DNA of 64,000 bases. It comes from Longimicrobiales bacterium (lineage in GTDB: Bacteria > Gemmatimonadota > Gemmatimonadetes > Longimicrobiales > Gaopeijiaceae). Below, in pieces: positions 19,819-27,900 of the stretch. The notes under the pieces were generated by a model. That model had not been told where the DNA came from and made no database searches. It saw nothing but the letters and a program-made list of their open reading frames with translations. Made by a program: the position numbers and the translations under genes. Location of the stretch: assembly GCA_965249195.1 (NCBI GenBank), contig CBDFLM010000015.1, forward strand, positions 476,644 through 540,643. Direction: 5' to 3'. Position 1 is the first letter of the stretch. Each line of letters starts with the position of its first letter.

Positions 19819-20396
19819 GGAGCCTCGTTCAGCCGCTTGATGTTGCCGATGTTGCGCCGAAAGATCCGCGCGATCTCGTAGGCAGAGAGGCGCATGAGGA
19901 CTTGGTCGGCCACGCCGGGGTCATCGCGGAAGAAGAGCGTGAAGCTCAGGCGGCAGGCGTCCTCACCCAGGGGTTCGTAGATCTGCTCGGTCACGAGCTC
20001 GCCCCTGGTGGTGGGTGCCCCCTGCACGTTGTAGATGCGGAGTCGACGCCGGAGCGGTCCCACGAGCTCGAAGTACTCGTCCCAGGTCATCCCACTTTCG
20101 TCCGCGTTCTTGAATGACCGTCGAATCGACCCCCGTGCGCCGTCCTTGGCCTCGTGCGGGTTCAAGGGGGTGATGTGATCGACGAAGACGGACCAGGCGC
20201 TCGCGTTCCTCGAGTCGGCGAGGTACGCGAACACGCTCCCGCAGGCGTCTGCGATGTCGACGCCTTCCTTGACGAGCCGGTGGGCGTATCCCGCGTGGTG
20301 CCGGTAGGGACTCCAAAGAAGCACGGCAGCGAACGCGGATAGCGGAAGCACGAGCACCACATACCTGATCTGCGGGCGTCTCACGATCGTCTTCAT
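19815..20396 (-). CDS. SRPBCC (START / Bet v1-like, polyketide-cyclase-type) lipid-binding domain protein with N-terminal membrane anchor; first gene of the operon
   Basis: 193 aa. N-terminal TM YVVLVLPLSAFAAVLLW, then about 150 aa with an alpha/beta pattern typical of Polyketide_cyc2 / SRPBCC. ATGA overlap with the next gene. About 1 kb of lower-GC non-coding DNA lies upstream. Confidence 0.5.
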   Translation of the reverse strand: MKTIVRRPQIRYVVLVLPLSAFAAVLLWSPYRHHAGYAHRLVKEGVDIADACGSVFAYLADSRNASAWSVFVDHITPLNPHEAKDGARGSIRRSFKNADESGMTWDEYFELVGPLRRRLRIYNVQGAPTTRGELVTEQIYEPLGEDACRLSFTLFFRDDPGVADQVLMRLSAYEIARIFRRNIGNIKRLNEAP

Positions 20397-20600
20397 CGCT
20401 GACCGATGGCGCGGGGGATAGGGTTAGGCTGTCACTCCTGGAACCTTCAACGCCACGCGCCGTCAACCCATACGCACAGATACGTAGCCCGTCTTGGGAG
20501 ACTACTTAGGACGTCTCGCCAGTAGCTGCGCTCACTTTCGTAAAACTCGTTGTATTACATGGACTTAGTCGAAACAGCGTGGATTGGGTCAGGAGAGTAA
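20397..20600 (-). promoter_or_regulatory. Putative promoter / leader region of the 13-gene operon
   Basis: Non-coding, lower GC. TTGACG / TTGAAG-like hexamers sit 60-120 nt upstream of the first ATG. No confident -10 element, so this is a region-level call only. Confidence 0.25.
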
Positions 20601-21099
20601 GGGTCGATGGACCCGGCTGGGGAGCTCCCCGCTACTCGCTAGCTCCGGCCACTCCCGGTCCGCCGGCCCGGGAGCGGCTCCTGCGGCCTCGTAGACAAGG
20701 CCACACCGCGAGGTCCGGGGGCCGACGTCGTCGAGTCGGTGATCGAGTGCCGCCTCATCCTTCCGGGCATGCCTTACGGACCCAGGTGCGCTTTCCGCGC
20801 GGCCTCGCTCCTAGGATGTCGGTCCAGTCACAGACCCATCGGGCGATGGTGTCGTTCCTGATTGACATCTTGGGTGGAGCTTGAGGAGCCCCGAGGCTCA
20901 GAGCCGGGCTTCCGGCGACCTCTCCTCATCGTCCAGGCGGACGCATTCAATCGGAGTAGACTGCGGACCGTGATGTTCCTCGTCGGGCTGGACATCGTCG
21001 GTGACAAGCTGATCTGACTCTTCGGACCTCGAGGCTGGGAGCCGCTGTGCTATCGGGGTTACCAACCAGGTGTGCACGTTCTCTGTGCACGAAATGCAG

Positions 21100-21394
21100 C
21101 TAACATCATCTTCAGCCTCCCACCCGCTCCTTCAGCTCCTCGAAGAAGTTCTCGACCACGATGACCTCGGCCTCGGGACCGGCGGCCTCGGCATTTACCC
21201 TCGTAGGGGCGGACTGTCAGGAATCGCTGGTCGTCCGGCGCGATGGGATAGAAGTTGTCGGCCGCCCCAACGAAGTATTTCTCCCTCAATACCTCTTCCC
21301 GGTGTAGGCATCAACGATTGCGTAGAGAGGCGTGTTGGGATCGGCGCCGTAGTGGAAGTAAATGATATTCGTGTGCAGATCGAGCTGGATGCAT
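21100..21394 (-). pseudogene. Remnant of the C-terminus of a TolB-like / PD40 beta-propeller protein gene, truncated by the IS insertion
   Basis: Minus-strand fragments ...IIYFHYGADPNTPLYAIVDAYTGKRY*, ...KYFVGAADNFYPIAPDDQRFLTV... and the hallmark C-terminal ...VIVVENFFEELKERVGG* lie in different frames. The upstream part of the gene is missing beyond the IS. Confidence 0.4.
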
Positions 21395-21452
21395 TGAAGT
21401 GACCCCCGGAACCTGATCCAGTTATTGTGGGACTCCTTGAGCAGGAGGAGTC

Positions 21453-21719
21453 ATGCAAAAGAGGCGGTTTCGGGAAGAGCAAATCATCGGGATTCTGCAA
21501 GAAGTGGAAGCTGGAGCGACGATCCGTGAGATGTGTCGCAGGCACGGGATCGCGGAGACGACGTACTATCGGTGGCGCACGAAGTACGGTGGTATGGACG
21601 TGAACGAGGCGCGACGCCTCAAGCAGGTCGAGGAGGAGAACCGACGGCTGAAGCGGATCGTGGCCGACCAGGCCTTGAATCTTCAGATCCTGAAGGACTT
21701 GTTGGGAAACGGATCGTGA
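21453..21719 (+). CDS. IS3-family transposase OrfA (HTH)
   Basis: MQKRRFREEQIIGILQEVEAGATIREMCRRHGIAETTYYRWRTKYGGMDVNEARRLKQVEEENRRLKRIVADQALNLQILKDLL. Shows the IS3 / IS911 OrfA HTH plus leucine zipper. Confidence 0.85.
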   Translation: MQKRRFREEQIIGILQEVEAGATIREMCRRHGIAETTYYRWRTKYGGMDVNEARRLKQVEEENRRLKRIVADQALNLQILKDLLGNGS

Positions 21720-22579
21720 CGGCCCGGGAACGGCGCCAGGTCGTCGAGCAGGTGCAAGCCGTGCGAGAGGTTTCAGAACGCAGAGCGATCCGGTACACGG
21801 GTTTTCCACGCTCTACGATGCGATATCGCAGCACTCGCGATCCCCAGGAGCTTCTACGAGCTCGCATCGTAGAGTTGGCGCAGGAGCGGCCACGCTGGGG
21901 CTACCGGATGATCCACGTGATGCTTCGACGAGAAGGCCGGCTGGTGAACAGGAAACGAGTTCAACGACTCTACAGGGAGGAAGGGCTCGCGGTGCGTTCG
22001 AAGGGAAGGAAACGTAGGAGCCAGGCCCCTCGACCGATCCGAGAGGCGTTGAGCGGCCCGAACGAGCGGTGGAGCATGGACTTCGTCTCTGGCACGCTGA
22101 GCAACGGCCGCCAATTTCGGTGCCTGACGATCATGGACGAATTCAGTCGCGAGTGCCTGGCGATTCACATCGCGCATTCGATTCCGGCCGCCGGGGTCAT
22201 CGAGGTGATGGAGTGCCTCAAAGAGTCCAGAGGGTTGCCCGAAGTGATCATCACGGACAACGGCTCCGAGTTCCGCAGCCGTGCGTTCGATTCATGGGCC
22301 TACGCTCGAGGCGTGAAGCTCGATTTTATTCAACCGGGCAAGCCCGTCCAGAACGGCTTCATCGAGAGCTTCAACGGAACACTCCGGGGCGAGTGCTTGA
22401 ACCTGCACTGGTTCCTCTCGATCCACGACGCGAAACGTTCGATCGAGCAATGGAGAGCTGACTACAACGAAGTTCGTCCCCATAGCTCCTTGGGCTTTCT
22501 GACTCCCGAGGAGTTTATGGATATTCATTCACCGAGCGAAGAGAACCTCGCTCCCAAAAATATCTCGGAAGTCCCATGA
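21704..22579 (+). CDS. IS3-family transposase OrfB (DDE integrase core), expressed as an OrfAB fusion by -1 frameshift near TTGGGAAAC
   Basis: The -1 frame from about 21704 reads GKRIVTARERRQ...GYRMIHVMLRREG...WSMDFVS...ITDNGSEFRS...NGFIESFNGTLRGE...YNEVRPHSSLGFLTPEEF (rve domain). The track ORF start at 21533 is out-of-frame junk that overlaps orfA. Confidence 0.8.
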   Translation, partial: GKRIVTARERRQVVEQVQAVREVSERRAIRYTGFPRSTMRYRSTRDPQELLRARIVELAQERPRWGYRMIHVMLRREGRLVNRKRVQRLYREEGLAVRSKGRKRRSQAPRPIREALSGPNERWSMDFVSGTLSNGRQFRCLTIMDEFSRECLAIHIAHSIPAAGVIEVMECLKESRGLPEVIITDNGSEFRSRAFDSWAYARGVKLDFIQPGKPVQNGFIESFNGTLRGECLNLHWFLSIHDAKRSIEQWRADYNEVRPHSSLGFLTPEEFMDIHSPSEENLAPKNISEVP

Positions 22580-22608
22580 TTTTTGGATCAACTTCGGGGG
22601 TCACTTCA

Positions 22609-23178
22609 GCCGAGCTACCGGATTACCTGCACGGCCCGACGTTGTTCGCTTGGCTGACGGGCTGGAGGCGTGGCGAAGTGTTCGGTCTCACGTGGGCTCA
22701 AGTTGATTTCGACGCAGGCATCGTTCGCCTCGAACCCGGTACAACCAAGAACCTTCAGGGTCGCGAGTTCCCGTTCTGGGGTCTTCCCGAACTAGCTGCC
22801 TTGCTGGAAGCCCAGCGTGATCGGGCTAGGGAACTAGGCCGGAGGCGTGGCGAGTTCGTGACCCTTGTCTTCCATCGTGATGGAAAGCCCCTGGGCGACC
22901 ACCGCAAGGCTTGGGCACAAGCGTGCGAACGCGCCGGTCTGGCGGGGCTGCTATTCCACGACTCGCGACGCTCAGCCGTTCGCAATCTGGAGAGGGCAGG
23001 GGTGCCACGCTCGACCGCGATGCGCCTGACCGGCCACAAGACGGAAGCGGTCTACAGGCGCTACGCAATCGTGGATTCCGTGATGATCGAGGAGGGCGTC
23101 CAGAAGCTCGCGCGGCTGGTGGCGAACGGCGGCAAGGCTCGCACGGTATTACCCATGACGGTCGCGGCGCAGGGGTGA
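22609..23178 (+). pseudogene. Tyrosine recombinase / phage-integrase C-terminal catalytic-domain fragment; the N-terminal about 200 aa are missing at the IS boundary
   Basis: LTGWRRGEVFGLTWAQVDFDAGIVRLEPGTTKNLQGREFP...FHDSRRSAVRNLERAGVPRSTAMRLTGHKTEAVYRRYAIVD carries the R...HxxR...Y motifs. Homology starts immediately after IRR. The track ORF start at 22576 lies inside the IS. Confidence 0.7.
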
Positions 23179-23323
23179 CGACGGCTTCTCTTTTCGATCG
23201 CGGCGTGGCACAATCCTGGCACAATCACGGCCTGGCCAGGGTCTTGATCGCGTTTTGCGTACACGCCCGTAATCCCGTAAGTCGTTGTGTAGCAATGAAA
23301 CACAGAGTAGAGTTTCATGTTGA

Positions 23324-23394
23324 TGCCCCCTGGTGTAAGGGCAGCACAAGGGTCTTTGGAACCCTTGGTCCAGGTTCGAATCCTGGGGGGGCAA
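23324..23394 (+). tRNA. tRNA-Gln (anticodon TTG)
   Basis: Hand-folded cloverleaf. Acceptor stem TGCCCCC / GGGGGCA (U1:A72). D-stem GTGT / GCAC with loop AAGGGCA. Anticodon stem AGGGT / ACCCT with loop CTTTGGA. T-arm CCAGG-TTCGAAT-CCTGG. No encoded CCA. It lies 146 bp downstream of the integrase fragment. Confidence 0.6.
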
Positions 23395-23416
23395 TGGACG
23401 ACGTGGCCCGGACTGC

Positions 23417-25255
23417 ATGGTGATGTCGAAAGCTCCAGGACGGTTGTTCTCGAAGATGATCCCGGCAATCCTGACGTTGCTCGCTGGCGTCGCGGTCCCG
23501 GCGTTGCTCCCGGCTGCGCTGTGGGGTCAGGTCACACCTTCCTCTTCGCCACAGGTGACCATCTCCGCCGAGGAAGCGGTAGATGCCGCGCGAAACCAGC
23601 AACGCGCCTTCGAGCGCGACCGACGACGGTGGTCTCCCGTTTCGCGCCACTACAGCGGGTCCAGATGCGACGAGCGCATCGGTCGCCTCTGTCTGCGCTA
23701 TGACGAGGGGGGTGATTGGTGGCCGGCCGAGGACGGCCCTCGCTTGGCGGTCGCCCGAGACGGGCTGTTGGATTCGCTGGCCGTTGCGACGCGGCGTGCC
23801 CCGAAAAGCGCCTGGGTGCTCGGTCAGCTGGTGGCGTATCTCGGGGAGGCCGGCCGCTGGACTGAAGCAGAGGAGTTCGCGCGTGCGTGCTCGGTGGTTG
23901 AGAGCTGGTGGTGCGCCGGCCTTCTCGGCTTCGTGCTCCACGCCAAGGGGCGATACACCGAGGCGGAGAAGGCCTTTCGGCGCGCCCTGGACACCACGGA
24001 GTCTGCCGAGAGGGAGCGCTGGTTGGATCCGGAAGTGCTGCTGGACGCCGCCGGCCGCGACGTACTCGACGATACCCGGGACCTGGGACACGCGAGCGAG
24101 AAACGGTTGCTCGCTCTCCTGTGGAGTTTCGCGGACCCCCTCTACCTCGTGGAGGGCAACGACCGCCTGACCGAGCATTGGGCGCGATGGATGCTGGCGA
24201 GGGTCCGCGAGGACGCTCGCAACCCGTACGCCATGTCCTGGGGGCGTGATCTCGAGGAGCTTCTCGTCCGCTATGGTCCCGAGGCCGGATGGGAGCGCTC
24301 GGGCGAGAGGCCCGGGGTGCTCGAGGTGAATGAGAGCATGGTCGGCCACCCCCACCCCGAGAGCCGTGTCTATCTGCCCCCGGGAGAGGTCCTCCGCACC
24401 CCTGCTGCGGTCGAATCAGGGCAGTGGCGATCGCGGGTGCGTCGCCCGCGCAGTGGGTACGCTCCGCCCTACGCTCCCGTGATCATACCGGCCCGAGGCG
24501 AGGTGCTCGCGTTTCCGGCGGGTGACAGCGTGAGCCTGATCGGGATCTATGGGCTTCCCGAAGACACGACCCACCACTCGTCACACGAGCACCCCCCCTT
24601 TGAGCCCCCTGAGCTCTGGCGCGACACGCCTTTCGAGGCGGGACTCTTCCTCGTCCCGCTATCGGGGGCGCCAATCTCCGAGGCTCGGACCATCGGGAAG
24701 GCCCAGGGTTCGGTATTGCTCAGTGTCGCCGCTGGCGAGTACGTGGCCAGTCTGGAGGTTTGGGATCCTTCGGGTGGCCTGGCGGGACGTCTCCGGCAGT
24801 CGTTCGTGTTGGCTCCGTCTCCTCCCGACGTGCCGAGGCTATCCGACCTTCTCCTGCTAGATCGGCTGCTACCGGATTCGCCGACCGTGCAGGACGCCGC
24901 ATCCCATGCGAGGCTGGCGGACGCCCTCGCGCCCGGAGAAGCCGTGATCGTCGGCTGGCAGGTATACGGGCTCGGCTGGCGGCCCCAAGAGGTCCTGTCG
25001 TATCGCTTGACCCTCGTTGCGTCGGGCAGCGGATTCTTTGGAAAGGTCGGACGCTGGCTAGGCCTGGGCGCCGACGACGAGCCCCGGCACTTGTCGTGGG
25101 AAGAACCGGGACCGGGCTCTCCGGGCGCGGTGTGGCGGAGCGCGGTCCTCGAGCTCCCCGAGCTTGAGAGCGGCGATTACACGCTCCGGTTGGAGTTGGC
25201 AAGCCTGGGACGAGGCACCCTCGTGCGCGAGCGCGCTGTGTCGATTCGTGACTGA
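23417..25255 (+). CDS. Secreted hypothetical protein (signal peptide; possible GWxTD-like domain)
   Basis: 612 aa. N-terminal MVMSKAPGRLFSKMIPAILTLLAGVAVPALLPAALWGQ. No confident family assignment. Confidence 0.5.
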   Translation: MVMSKAPGRLFSKMIPAILTLLAGVAVPALLPAALWGQVTPSSSPQVTISAEEAVDAARNQQRAFERDRRRWSPVSRHYSGSRCDERIGRLCLRYDEGGDWWPAEDGPRLAVARDGLLDSLAVATRRAPKSAWVLGQLVAYLGEAGRWTEAEEFARACSVVESWWCAGLLGFVLHAKGRYTEAEKAFRRALDTTESAERERWLDPEVLLDAAGRDVLDDTRDLGHASEKRLLALLWSFADPLYLVEGNDRLTEHWARWMLARVREDARNPYAMSWGRDLEELLVRYGPEAGWERSGERPGVLEVNESMVGHPHPESRVYLPPGEVLRTPAAVESGQWRSRVRRPRSGYAPPYAPVIIPARGEVLAFPAGDSVSLIGIYGLPEDTTHHSSHEHPPFEPPELWRDTPFEAGLFLVPLSGAPISEARTIGKAQGSVLLSVAAGEYVASLEVWDPSGGLAGRLRQSFVLAPSPPDVPRLSDLLLLDRLLPDSPTVQDAASHARLADALAPGEAVIVGWQVYGLGWRPQEVLSYRLTLVASGSGFFGKVGRWLGLGADDEPRHLSWEEPGPGSPGAVWRSAVLELPELESGDYTLRLELASLGRGTLVRERAVSIRD

Positions 25256-25351
25256 TCGCCCCATGCCTCTCAGGCGTTCGTCGATCGGCACCGAATGACC
25301 TCGAGAGCCTCCGGTAGGGGGGGAAGACCCACAACCGTTCCTCGACGCGCG

Positions 25352-25380
25352 TTGACTCCATACCCCGGCGTTTCTAGCTT
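25352..25380 (+). promoter_or_regulatory. Candidate sigma70-type promoter upstream of prs (TTGACT-17nt-TAGCTT)
   Basis: Hexamers read directly at 25352-25357 and 25375-25380, about 80-100 nt upstream of the prs start. Confidence 0.3.
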
Positions 25381-25457
25381 CCCCGGCTATCGGATTTTCT
25401 GTGACAGGGGAGCGTCGGTGGCGGCGACTCCTGCAACGGCCCCCGGAGCCCGGACGC

Positions 25458-26423
25458 ATGGACGACACGTATCGACGCGGACCGATGCTCTTGCTGGCGG
25501 GCCGGTCGAACCGCCCACTGGCAGGTGAGATCGGTAGCATTCTCGACTTCCCGGCGGACGGTGTGACGATCCGGGATTTCGCTGACGGCGAGATTTTCGT
25601 CCGCATCGATCGCAACGCTCGAGGTCGCGACGTGTTCATCGTCCAGTCCACTGCCGCTCCCGCCGAGAACGTGGTCGAGCTACTGTTGCTCCTGGACGCG
25701 GCGAAGCGCGCATCCGCTGCCAGGGTGACGGCGGTCGTGCCGTACTTCGGCTACGGGCGCCAGGACCGTAAGGATCAGCCCCGTGTGGCGATTGGGGCGA
25801 AGCTCATGGCTAACTTGATCGTCGCCGCCGGCGCGGATCGCGTCGTGTCCATCGATTTTCACCAACATCAGATCCAGGGATTCTTCGACATTCCGGTCGA
25901 TCACCTGTACGCGGCACCGGTCATCACCCGGTACTTTCGCGAGAAGAAGCTCGAGGACCTCGTGGTCGTTGCGCCCGACGTCGGCTCGGCTAAGATGGCG
26001 CGTGGCTTTTCGAAGCGGCTGGGCGCAACGTTCGCGATCATCGACAAGCGGCGTACGGGACCGAACCGCTCGGTCGTGCAGACCGTTGTGGGCGACGTAG
26101 ACGGCAAGAACTGCATCTTGACCGACGACATGGTGGATACCGGGGGGACCCTCTCCAACGCGGTGCGTGCGCTGAAGGATCGGGGTGCGGTCACGATCTT
26201 CGCGACGGCTACCCACCCCCTGCTCTCAGGACAGGCATCGGAGTGGCTGGCCGAGTCGCCCCTAGACGAGATGGTCGTGACCAATACCGTTCCCGTGCGA
26301 GAAGAGCGATGCTTCGACCAGCTCACGGTACTCTCGGTGGCTCCGCTTCTCGCCAACGCCATCGAGTTCATCCATTCGAACGAGTCGGTGAGCCAGTTGT
26401 TCGAGATCCGCGAAGACGACTGA
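25458..26423 (+). CDS. prs: Ribose-phosphate pyrophosphokinase (PRPP synthetase)
   Basis: Motifs VPYFGYGRQDRK and DLVVVAPDVGSAKMARGFSKRLG...IIDKRR...ILTDDMVDTGGT. Start Met is ambiguous: 25458 (MDDTYRR) or 25485 (MLLLAGRS). Confidence 0.85.
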   Translation: MDDTYRRGPMLLLAGRSNRPLAGEIGSILDFPADGVTIRDFADGEIFVRIDRNARGRDVFIVQSTAAPAENVVELLLLLDAAKRASAARVTAVVPYFGYGRQDRKDQPRVAIGAKLMANLIVAAGADRVVSIDFHQHQIQGFFDIPVDHLYAAPVITRYFREKKLEDLVVVAPDVGSAKMARGFSKRLGATFAIIDKRRTGPNRSVVQTVVGDVDGKNCILTDDMVDTGGTLSNAVRALKDRGAVTIFATATHPLLSGQASEWLAESPLDEMVVTNTVPVREERCFDQLTVLSVAPLLANAIEFIHSNESVSQLFEIREDD

Positions 26424-26577
26424 CCACGACCACGACGGGCGATTTGCAACCATGGGCTGCGTCGCGCGCGCGAGTTCAACGACAGAAGGCATCACGACAC
26501 AGCCACCGCCGCCGTGGGCGCGGGAGTCCCGGTAATCGAGATCGGAGTCGAACGGCGGCGTAGACAAGAGAGAGAAT

Positions 26578-27255
26578 ATGAGCCAGGAAGCCAAGCTGAG
26601 CGCCGAGCCGCGCGCCAAGTATGGAAAGGGGGCAGCTCGCAAGCTCAGAGCCCGCGGGAAGGTTCCTGCCATCCTGTACGGTCGCGACGTCGAGTCGATG
26701 CCGCTCTCCGTCGAGGCCCAAGAGGCGGAGCGTCTCTTCCAAAACATCACCGTGGAAAACACCATTGTCGGGCTGGATATCGCCGGCGAGAGCGAACCCG
26801 TGCAGACGCTCGTTCGTGAGATCCAGGTTCATCCCTTCCGACCAACCTTGCTGCACATCGACTTCTACCGCGTCCAGGCCGGGGTCATGTTGGAGGTCGC
26901 GATTCCGGTGCACCTGAACGGCGTGCCGGACGGCGTCAGACAGCACGGGGGGGTCCTGCAGCAGGTCGTCCATGAGGTCCCGGTGAGGTGCCTGCCGTCG
27001 CGCATACCCGTTTCGCTCGAAATCGACGTGCGCGGCCTCGACCTCGGCGACTCCATTCTCGCCGCCGACCTGAATCTCGACGAAGACATCGAGCTGCTCG
27101 TCGAGCTGGACCAAACCGTGTGCCAGGTCGTAGTGCCGCGTCTCGTGCTCGAGGAGGAAGAGCCAGAAGAGGAAGGGGAGCTCGAGGAAGGCCTGGAAGG
27201 GGACGAAGCCGCCGAGGAAGGGGACGACTCAGGCCAGGAAGGGGACCGCGAATAA
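26578..27255 (+). CDS. rplY: 50S ribosomal protein L25 / general stress protein Ctc (long form with acidic tail)
   Basis: AKYGKGAARKLRARGKVPAILYG...LHIDFYRV plus a C-terminal E/D-rich extension. Sits in the conserved prs-rplY-pth cluster. Confidence 0.85.
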   Translation: MSQEAKLSAEPRAKYGKGAARKLRARGKVPAILYGRDVESMPLSVEAQEAERLFQNITVENTIVGLDIAGESEPVQTLVREIQVHPFRPTLLHIDFYRVQAGVMLEVAIPVHLNGVPDGVRQHGGVLQQVVHEVPVRCLPSRIPVSLEIDVRGLDLGDSILAADLNLDEDIELLVELDQTVCQVVVPRLVLEEEEPEEEGELEEGLEGDEAAEEGDDSGQEGDRE

Positions 27256-27279
27256 ACGCTGGTCAGCCCCCATGGGACG

Positions 27280-27843
27280 GTGAAGGTTGTCGCGGGGCTC
27301 GGGAACCCCGGATCCCAATACGACGATACGCGTCACAACGTCGGTTGGTGGGCAGTCGACCGGCTCGCGTTCGATTGGCGCTTCGGGCCTTTTCGCCGCG
27401 ACGGGACCGCCTTGACCTCCGGCGGTCGCGTCGGATCGCATTCCTTTCTTCTCGTGAAGCCCCTCACCTTCGTCAATCGAAGCGGCAGCGTCGTCGCCAG
27501 CCTGAGTCACGACCATCAGCTGGACGTCGGCCGCGACCTCCTCGTGGTAGTCGATGACGTGGCTCTCGAGGTCGGCCACCTGAGAATGCGCGCGTCGGGA
27601 GGGGCGGGCGGCCACAACGGCTTGAAATCCGTGGAGGCCGCCCTGGGTACACAGGACTATGCCAGGCTGCGGATCGGCGTCGGTCCGCCACCCGTTGGGC
27701 TCGACCTGACGGAATGGGTGCTGTCTCCGATGCCCCCCGAAGACGAGGACGTGGTGGTGGAGCTGCTTCCGTTGCTGGCGTCGGGCGTGGAAGCATGGTC
27801 GGACGAGGGAGTGGAGGCTGCCATGCGCCGCCTCAACAGGTAG
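27280..27843 (+). CDS. pth: Peptidyl-tRNA hydrolase
   Basis: MKVVAGLGNPGSQYDDTRHNVGW...GHNGLKS. Conserved position after rplY. Confidence 0.9.
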   Translation: MKVVAGLGNPGSQYDDTRHNVGWWAVDRLAFDWRFGPFRRDGTALTSGGRVGSHSFLLVKPLTFVNRSGSVVASLSHDHQLDVGRDLLVVVDDVALEVGHLRMRASGGAGGHNGLKSVEAALGTQDYARLRIGVGPPPVGLDLTEWVLSPMPPEDEDVVVELLPLLASGVEAWSDEGVEAAMRRLNR

Positions 27844-27900
27844 GGCCGGCGCGAGCGCCGCAGGGAACGACCCGAGCTAACGAGAGGAAGCCGAGGGCTG

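Larger units (their letters stand above)
21395..22608 (+). mobile_element. IS3-family insertion sequence (1214 bp) with imperfect terminal inverted repeats
   Basis: IRL TGAAGTGACCCCCGGAAC (21395-) and IRR reverse complement TGAAGTGACCCCCGAAGT (-22608), 16 of 17 matching. orfA and orfB are in a -1 frameshift arrangement. No clean target-site duplication is visible. Confidence 0.8.

Noticed and set aside
20880-20925. The stretch ...ctcagagccgggcttccggcg... loosely resembles the RNase P RNA P4 3' strand (ACAGAACCCGGCUUA)
   Set aside because: The obligatory partner GGAAAGUCCGGGCUCC is absent upstream, and I could not build a consistent P1-P4 structure. It is most likely a chance match in non-coding DNA.
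22576-22608. The ATG at 22576 as the start of the integrase ORF
   Set aside because: It lies inside the IS right end. Integrase homology begins only after the IRR, so the ORF start is fortuitous.
23201-23230. TGGCAC motifs as a sigma-54 -24 element
   Set aside because: There is no TTGC -12 element at the required spacing. The motif is better read as an 11-bp tandem repeat.
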